From: Eledone cirrhosa
Lineage: Eukaryota
Assembly (NCBI GenBank): GCA_964016885.1
Contig: OZ024742.1
Span: forward strand, 314,402,001-314,466,000
DNA length: 64,000 bases
Direction: 5' to 3'
In this document: positions 55,146 to 64,000 of the stretch, piece after piece
How positions within the stretch are numbered: position 1 is the first letter of the stretch
How the letters are laid out: each line of letters begins with the position of its first letter
Notes under the pieces: model-generated
What the model was told of the DNA's origin: nothing
Database searches by the model: none
Seen by the model: only the letters and a program-made list of their open reading frames with translations
Made by a program: the position numbers and the translations under genes

Positions 55146-58100
55146 AGTATATATATATATATGTAGTAGGAATAGAAATGTATTACATAGCAGTCTCATA
55201 TCTTATTACTTCAACTGTATCAACTCATAAACTCTCCGAAGTGATTGTTCGATACATAAATCAATCGATAGACAATCATGCAGACATGCCAAATAAACTA
55301 ATTAAGCATTCAGAATTAATTTTCAAAGCATCAAAACAATATTCGATTATTCATATATCATCACAGTAGCTTTGATTTGCTGATAACTAATGTTATTAGG
55401 TGTTAATCATTGGTTGAAATATCAAGGGCTATTATTCATTTGCCTGATCTGTGCTGTGTTTATTTTGAAGAGACCTAATACGCTCTAGCGAAGCCCGTTA
55501 AGAGCTCGTGTTATGCAAATACTATTATGAACTGACGACACAAATCCCTTTCGAGCTGCTGAATTTCTTTGGCTTCCACTATAGAAAATATGTCCAAATA
55601 TTCATATTGGTATTCAATATATATTTGATATACATATCATTTTCAATGTTCGTTTCCTTAGAATTGAAGTATCACAGTGGGACAAGTATGGCAGAAATGA
55701 GAAAGATCTTTAACAGCCCCAAATGATAAAACATGAACGTCAAACATGTTGGAAGATAGACTGCCTGCACATAGTCTTGTGTATATAGAAGATGAGAACT
55801 TTCGCTACACTCCTTTCGATGAAATACTTTATGATTTGGCTAGAGAAAAATTACGGAAAAGAATGTTTCAAATCAAAAATAGATTATTATTGAATTTAGT
55901 TTTGTTTTAATATTTGCTCTGAATACTTGCTAATTGTTAAGGAAAATAATTATGTTTCATGCGGCAAATTGAATAAATCAATTAAGTAGATAAAATAAAC
56001 AATTTTTTACAAATTTAATGTTGTAATCATTAATAAATAATAACCATGTATAACTATTTAAACATGTTTTACACGAATGTTTTTAGAGAAGTGTCTCACC
56101 CGGTGAAACTCCGGTCCTCACCTACACACATCGACACTCGAAACTAAATGGCGCATGTAACATCCGTCTTTTTTTTAGAAACCTCAGCATTGCTAAACTA
56201 ATCATATTGCAGATTTTATACTACATTCAATAATGTCCACTTTCTTTCTTATCATGGCATCTATGATATCACATATCCCCTGAAGATCTAGTTCTAATTA
56301 CTGTGCTTAAAATTTCATCTCATTTACCTCTACAAACCAAGCGGTAGTGAGTCTATTTTAACCAACTGCAATTAGTCTTGAGGCTAGTGTCACTGAAATT
56401 ACTAGGGACATGTGCTCTTTCTCTTCGAGCTAAATATCTAAAAAGTATTAAGTATCTGAAAGTGCAAAATTCAATGATAGACATGCATTTGTTACACCTG
56501 TATCGCTGAGTTAAAGGATGAAAGTTAGCAAGCATACTATTTTCCCAGTGTCTCTAAGACTGGCGGTTGGAATGTTATATGCTGACTGGTAAACTGGTAA
56601 GAATGCTTACCAGATTGACTTTTAAGCTGGAAAGTGTATTGAGTCTACCACCAAAAAAATAATAAAACAAAAAATGTAAAAAACACAAACACAACAACAA
56701 ACATGAGCGTTCAAATAGTCGATCCTTTATTCATTCTCCATTTACTAGGATTCAATATCAGATTTTTATTCAACTACAAGCTATGTTAAAATACATGCGA
56801 ATGATGTGCCATGCAACAGTAATCCCTCTATATATATAGGTGATGGCTGTAAAGAAAGTATCCTATATTTAATACTTTTCATTCATTCCCTAAAGACATT
56901 AAAACTGTGAAAGATGATTTTAATAGAGAACTAAAATCATTTGGGAAGACATGTAATAATAGAGATATATTTCGTACTCTCCCTCACTTTCCTTATAATG
57001 ATTTGGTTGGTTTGATATTTCATTTTAGAATGTATTTGTTAGAAGCGAAAGTAGCAAACTGCTGTTAGGATTTTTACCGTCATCCAATTCTGAAAATCAT
57101 CCCAATATCAAATTATTCCTGTAATAAATTTGTAAAATTACGAAACCTAAATAGATTCTGCAGTCTATATGCTCAGTGGTACGATAACTGTAACCAGTAT
57201 GAGGATAGAAAAAAAGAAAAAAACAACATGTATTAGTATGTTTAGGAGTGCAGATAGAAAACGGTTATATAAAATATTATGCGGTATTGAGAAACGAAGT
57301 ATTTAATGTTGTTTCAACTTTAGATTGCAAAAGATGTGACTGCTCAATGTAGCATATCAAGCAATGAATGTGGTATACTACATTTATGTAACAACATAAA
57401 ATGAACCCGATTTTTGTATTGTAAAATACAGTAGTACAAGCAGAAGGGATAGAATTAGGGTGAAAATTCATGAGGAGACCTTTTGAAAACACTCTACATG
57501 GATTAGACGGAAAGCTGCTATACCTGAAGCAATATTTAGGCAAAAAAAAAAAAAAAAGAATAAATAAGAATAAAATTAATCTTTGACAATTGATAGAATA
57601 AGAATGTCACATTCTCGTCGTCCTTCTGCCAACAGTTGATATAAAATGTTTGTAAATAATTATATTTCCTGACTGCATTAGATTTCAGTAGTCAAAGACT
57701 ATCTTAGTTATAACAACCAGCTGTTGAAAGGGAATTTAGAAAATTAAATTTGTTTTTGTTTTCAATATAAAACAGATATGTCACATAAAACAAAACATAA
57801 AGCACTTTTGTTATCCACTGTATTTCAGAATTCCTAGGAATGATTTCTCTTAGCCGATAAATCTGATGGCAGATTAAGATAAAACATTGAAAGACATATA
57901 TGCCATACATAATAAACTACTGTCTTCTAAATGAAACATGTTATTCTTATATCTAACGTGCATATTTATGAGTGAATGTCGATTTTTTTTTAACACATTG
58001 ATTTCTCTTCCTACTAAAAATGCTTATTTAGTCTATTTGGTATTTACACATACATTTATTTCATCCCCGAAAGTGTTTTGCTGATCAATATATATATATA

Positions 58101-58320
58101 TTTTGAAAACGATGTAGAAAATGAAGAAAAAAGAATCACGTGAAATTATTACACTTTACAAACCAGATGAAACAATAATAAAATCGATGGTTTAGAGCAA
58201 CCAGATTAACATTTACGGAAAACGCGGTTGCAAAGATTTCCGAATCAGAAATACCATCTTCTACCATATAATAAGTCAAACACAAAGGAAGACTTAATCA
58301 TATCTGGTTACCTTAAATAA

Positions 58321-60050
58321 CACCGTGTAACAAATTTTTTGTTCCCCGGTTCTAAGTATCATTTCCTGGTTTGTTATATCCCATTATTATAAAAAGAAAA
58401 CATTATTATTTAATCAGAAGTTTGGGTTTGTAGTCAGGGGTTTTATATTTCGTAATTTTCATATTTTTCAAGAAAAAACACATTTAAACAAAATTTATCA
58501 GTTCATATAATTAAAGCAACAGAGTATATATTTATTTTATTACACAAGCTTATCAAAAGCAAACAAGTAAAAACAAATAACACTTATAAAGCAACTTATA
58601 CACGTCAGAAATGACTGGATTTCCTGGATTTGCCGTTGTAGTCCAGGTCGTATTCCCGCACTAGCCCCCAGATATAGTACCCCATCATTTTTTCATTGTA
58701 GTGGCCCTGGTACCTCCGCTCAATCTCTTTCATATCTTGGTGGAATCGTTCGCCTTGTTCTTCTGAGTAGGCGCCCATATTGTCCTTGAATTTTTCCAGG
58801 TGAACGTCCAGCATATGGAATTTAAGCGACATCCTGTATCCCATCGCGCCAAAAGCCTTTATCAGATCCTGCACCAGTTGCTGGTAGTTTTCAGCTCTGT
58901 AGTTGCCCAGCAAGCCCTTAACAACTGCCTTGAAACAGCTCCATGCTGTTCTCTCAATCCTATTTAGCATATTGGAGAACTCGGTAGACTCAAACACCTT
59001 CTTTATCTGAGGTCCAACAAAAATTCGACCTTTGATTGTGGCCTCAGATAACTTGGGGAAGAACTCAAGAAGCGGCTAATTCTTGGTTGAGAGCCTTCAC
59101 AAAATGCTTCATCAACCCCAACTTAATGTGCAGTGATGGCATGAGCACAATCTTGGGATCAACCAGTGGCTCCCACATGACGTTCCGAGTCCCAACTACA
59201 AATTCTGTTCGCTGCTCCCAGTTCTTTCTTTCGTAGTGGTCAGAGGTGATTCTGCTGTCCCAAAGGCAGAGGAAGCATTGGGATTTGATAAAGCCTCCTT
59301 TGAGTCCAAGCAGGAAAGCCACCATCTAGAAGTCTCCAATGATTTCCCAATTGTACTGGTTTTATTGCAGAGCTTCCAAGAGGACTTTCACACCGTAGTA
59401 ATCTTCCTTCAGGCAGACTGAATGAGCTAGGGGCAGTGTCGGGAAATTGTTTCATGTGGAGGAGGGCAGCCTTCAAACTTGTGGTGGAGCTATCTATAAA
59501 TAGCCGCCACTCCTTGGGGACAAACGGCTCCCCAATAACGTCAAACAGTCCAGGCACATTATGGCAGAAGCAGAGGCCATCCCTAAGATGTAAAAGCCTG
59601 AGAAAGGTTCGTGTCGACTTCTCTGACTTGTCACCTGCACTTCCTCCTTGACCAAGTTCCACTGCTTCATCCTAGAGACGAATGCTTAAAACACAACTTA
59701 CGCTTTATACAGGGTGCGAAAATCCAGTATCAATAAATCTCTTTAATCCACTTTTTAACAATTTTATACTTTATTGCACTTTTATCATTTTCTTTAGGTA
59801 TTACTCTTTATTTTATAATTTTAATTTAACCTGAAACATATAAAAAAAATCATTTAACATAAGCAAATTAAACTTACATACAACGTAAAATCCAGCATAC
59901 AAATAATTCTAGTGAATAACTTAGAGGTTTTACAAACCCAAACTTTTAATTGTTTAATAGCACTTTATTTATTTATTTGGGATCTAAGCAACACAAAAAA
60001 GTGATTACAAGCCAGGAACAGAGAAAACAGATTTTTTTTGTTACACTGTG
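58321..60050 (-). mobile_element. Internally deleted Chapaev3-like (CMC) DNA transposon
   Basis: TIRs CACCGTGTAACAAA / TTTGTTACACTGTG, TAA on both flanks (3-bp TSD); transposase remnants WRLFIDSS, CFLCLWDSR, LHIKLGLMK, SEEQGERFHQD..RRYQG. Confidence 0.8.
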
Positions 60051-60269
60051 TAATCAGCATATTATTCGTTCTTATACTACCTATTAACGAATGATTAAAT
60101 GTCGTGGCACAAGGCCAGCAATTATCCTAGTGCATCCCGTAAGGATGAAAGGGAAAGTTAAACTCGGCGGGATTTGAACTCAGACCGTAAATGGGTGTAA
60201 CTCTATGCTACAAAGCATGGCATCCGACCCTCTACCGACACTGCCAATCCACCGTTGAAATAATTATAA

Positions 60270-60457
60270 TTGTTTCTACTTTGGGCACAAGGCCAGCAAT
60301 TATCCCAGTGTATTACTGGTACTTTATTTTATCGACCCCGTAAGGATGAAAGGCAAAGTTAACCTCGGCGGGATTTGAACTCAGACTATAAAGGGCCATA
60401 ACTCTTTGCTGCAAAGCATGGCGCCCGACCCTCTACCGATACTGCCAATCCACCGAT
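60270..60457 (-). mobile_element. tRNA-derived SINE, near full length
   Basis: Reverse complement of the family consensus including B box. Confidence 0.85.
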
Positions 60458-61986
60458 CCTATAACTATAATACGAAAGCATCAGCCATGACTGCTATATG
60501 AATAAAAGAAATTTTACATAGCTTTCTTTAAATGAAATTCGAAAATGTATTATTGTTACTATTAATGGATTATAGCCAAGGCTATATCACGTTCATCGTG
60601 ACCAACATGTAAGACATTCAATCATTATCTTATTCAAAGCCAGCAATATTTTGATTTTATCGGGCGATACGGTGGTCGAGAGAGAGTGGAAGGGAAGGAA
60701 AAGGGCGGGTGATAGCGAGTGAAACTGAAATAGCGACAGAGACTGAAAGAGATGCTGAACGGAATATTTTAATGCGTTTTATTATATCCTTACGTCAGTT
60801 GACAGTGCACTAAAATGAATCGGGTTGTTATCCTTCTGAAAATGGGGATAAAACACTTTCCAGAATTACATCGAATAAAATCGATCGGTATTACTTCTCC
60901 CTCCTAAATAATCGCTGTGCTCAAATCTATTAATATAAATATTAAACATGCGTTTTATCTTAACTATACAAGAAGTTTAACCTTATCGGTAAACCTACAA
61001 TTAGAAGCCATTAATCAATTTAAAATTGATTCTAATAAAAGGCAGCCATGAGTGCCCAATGAGACTTTAAAATAAATTTATCAACATACTACAACTTCTG
61101 TTTGAGAATAATTCTTCATATTTTGGCTGGGGCACAAAGCATGAAATTGTATTGGCTTTCAAACAAGTTGGAAACTATATTTATTCGGACTTTCCTCAAC
61201 AGAATATGTCATCATACTCTTCTCTGGACTTCAAAAATCATACTATAGTGCTCTGTGGCTCTACAGATCAAGTTAATCCTTCCATTCCCTCACTTGCTCG
61301 ACGATATCCAGAAGAATATACATACATACATACAGACATACATACATGGCATGATGGCTGCCTCCTCGATATCAAGTATGGCCATTGCACGATATAACAT
61401 TATTAATAATTATCAATTAATGGTATCGTGCAATGCCTGTGTGTCAAGATTCTTTTTAAAGTGAGGAAAGACTGTTCACTAGGCCAAACCCACTCTCTGA
61501 GCAACAGTAGCTATAACCAAAAAAGAATAAACGATCAACATCATCGATAACTACTGAACCGCAGGTTTTATGTCGGAGTTATTCCAGTTTCCTGAGTTAC
61601 CTTCTCCTAGAAGAATGCCCTGACAAAGTCTAGGGATCCTTCACTCCCAGTAGTTTAACCACGCGATCGGGTATCCAGCCCGATTATTTCTATGTCCCTG
61701 CGCATATATATATACATATGTACACATGCATATACATATGTACACATGCATATACATATATGCATACATACATATATCCATATGTATATACATATTTACA
61801 CATTTTTCGATGGCCGTTGCCTCCTATGGGTTCTTCCGCCCTTTGTCAGGTTTTGTTTTTTTGTACTACAGGGTGTCCAAAATCACCCTCCTCACCAAGT
61901 AAACTTGGTGGGGTTGCCGGTTTAGTCACCGACGACCCTACCCTACGTCATACATACATACATACATACATACATACATACATACA

Positions 61987-62017
<31 letters not shown>

Positions 62018-62391
62018 GTGTGTGTCCGTGCATGTATATATGTGTCGGAGTGTATGAGTGTAGAAGAGCATGTATGTGAGGTGTGAGAGTATCATGTTAT
62101 GATGCAAGTTTTATTGAATTTCCGTGCAGATAATATTTATGAATATTCATTACAGTAAATCTTAATCGTGCAACTATCAATATAGGTACGTATTTCTCTT
62201 TCAGATTCTAAAACCATTTTTCTTTAAAACGATTTGAGCTTGACCTTAAGTTTGATCCAACTAAAGAGTACATTTGACATTGCATGCACTATGAGAAACT
62301 TTAGGCAGCGCTCTTTCTACAATCGTCAATAAATGTTTCGGTGTATCCAACAGGAAAATTTTTCCAGGTCAAACATTGATGTATATTTTCC

Positions 62392-62448
<57 letters not shown>

Positions 62449-62452
<4 letters not shown>

Positions 62453-62832
62453 TTTTGCGAGGTTTTTTATATGAAATCGTGTGTCGAAACAGATATTGTT
62501 ATATTTGGGGAGGGTCATATTTGCGTAATATTGCCAGAATTAATAACAGAACACACTCACTGTTTGGTTGGTTTTCGCTTCTCGCTGTCTTTTATATATA
62601 TATATCTGCGATCTAACTTACTCGGTCCTCAATGTTGCCATTTGTCTATATTGTATCTGTATTATTTTTGACCGCCGGTCAGTCAATGGCAACATTGAGG
62701 ACCGAGTAAGTTAGATCGCAGATATATATATATAAAAGACAGCGAGAAGCGAAAACCAACCAAACAGTGAGTGTGTTCTGTTATTAATTCTGGCAATATT
62801 ACGCAAATATGACCCTCCCCAAATATAACAAT
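62449..62832. mobile_element. Fold-back repeat in (TA)n; family also at ~1630-1710, 2255-2325, 46965-47030
   Basis: 62495-62642 is inverted at 62684-62832; shared CGTGTGT.GAAACAG..ATT.T.TATA.TT.G motif. Confidence 0.65.
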
Positions 62833-62864
<32 letters not shown>

Positions 62865-63744
62865 CTTCTCTTCTGTTTACTCATTTTTATGCATCTCATC
62901 TGCTTGTTTACAATGTTATTTGCTGTTTATTCATGGAGGTGAAGACTATGCCTACGTCATTTTCAAGGCCCCTAAGACACTGGAATGAGAGAAGGAGGAA
63001 AGCAACACAAATTCGAGACCTGGTCCACATACTTACAATTGAACTCTACTAAATAATCCAGGGGCCAAAGGTTTGTGTTATATATACCAGCCAACCTATC
63101 AGTTGTTTTGTCTATACACATCGATCAAAATTGTTCCGTTTTACATCCCTGAAGTGTACTCTCTTGTTACTTTCCTATTCTGGTACGTTTCATTTGATAG
63201 TACCTGCTGTCATTCCCTTCATTTCTCCCACACTTTCTCTCACTTTGAATCAATCCTTCACACTCTCACTTTGACTCTGACTCATTTTTCTAAACAGTGA
63301 TTAAATATTAATCTCTATATACACCATTAACTGAACGTAATTCATTCGTTTACAAAATGAAATTAATAAATCTGTCCATTTATAAATAAACAAATACACA
63401 ATCAGTTACAAAATTCAATATCAATTAGCTTCGTTACTAATTGATGTGACATGTCATGGCGTCGAAACAATAAACAATATTTATTTGTTTATTTATTTGC
63501 AGAGTTCTAAAGCATTTACTTAGTAACCGAAATGCGATCGCTTGATAAATAAAGATATTCCCGTGGTCATTTAATTATCTTATTAGAGATGTCTAGTGTA
63601 AGCCCTCTCATTATAGAATATTAATGTCAAGATCAATAACATATTTGAAATATAGTAAATCTTCTAAGCATTTATAGGCAATGCATGTTATATGACTCAT
63701 TTTCCGCATTGAAATATGTCATCTGTCTATTATCTAAGACTGTA

Positions 63745-63786
63745 TCCAGCTGATGATCCGTTTGAGGTGAAACCAATTGTTCTCGG
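63745..63786 (+). ncRNA. Degenerate hammerhead-like motif in a short element ending at (TA)n 63886
   Basis: TCCAG-CTGATGA-t-CC gtttga GG-t-GAAA-CCAATTG-TT-CT(C)GGA; bulged hairpin at 63826-63845. Confidence 0.45.
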
Positions 63787-64000
63787 AAATGGTGTATTAA
63801 CTGTTGTGGAACTACTTCTACCAAAACTCGTCCCATGGACTGAGTGCTCTACTACTGCTGGTATAACCCACCAGGGTTCTACCACTATATATATATATAT
63901 ATACTCAAGGAAAAAATATTCCGAGCCTTATAATATAATATATAAAGAAAGACAAACACAGATATATACATATATGCGTTCAAATCACAAGGGAAGGTAA

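Noticed and set aside
61345-61390. GCCTCCTCG resembling the HDV ribozyme L3
   Set aside because: Could not build P1/P2/P3 pairings

Overview
AT-rich, microsatellite-dense animal genomic DNA. The tRNA-derived SINE family resembles octopod cephalopod SINEs (inference). No host gene could be supported. The window is dominated by Penelope-like retroelements (PLEs) and their non-coding relatives inserted in (TA)n tracts: an intact, very young Hydra-clade-like PLE (819-aa RT + C-terminal GIY-YIG; 7136-16780, tandem plus inverted copies), two diverged relatives (37612-38715, 38763-44990), a decayed PLE of another clade (52756-55145), and about ten ORF-less 0.2-1.5 kb tandem/inverted elements. Most carry a minimal type-I hammerhead ribozyme (HHR), many with unusual cores (CCGA, CAGA, UUGA..AA, long stem II). 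Also present are a decayed R4/Dong-like LINE in (CATA)n, RTE fragments, a Chapaev3-like DNA transposon and many SINEs. Main observation: in at least six otherwise unrelated families, the element/(TA)n junction lies typically 5-10 nt (13 in one case) upstream of the same covarying bulged hairpin (RYTC-stem-loop-TN-GARY). This hairpin usually occurs twice per unit, and each copy matches one of the two observed termini. It is a candidate shared reverse-transcription start signal for a community of ribozyme-bearing, probably circular, RNA replicons. All RNA folds were made by eye and are untested.
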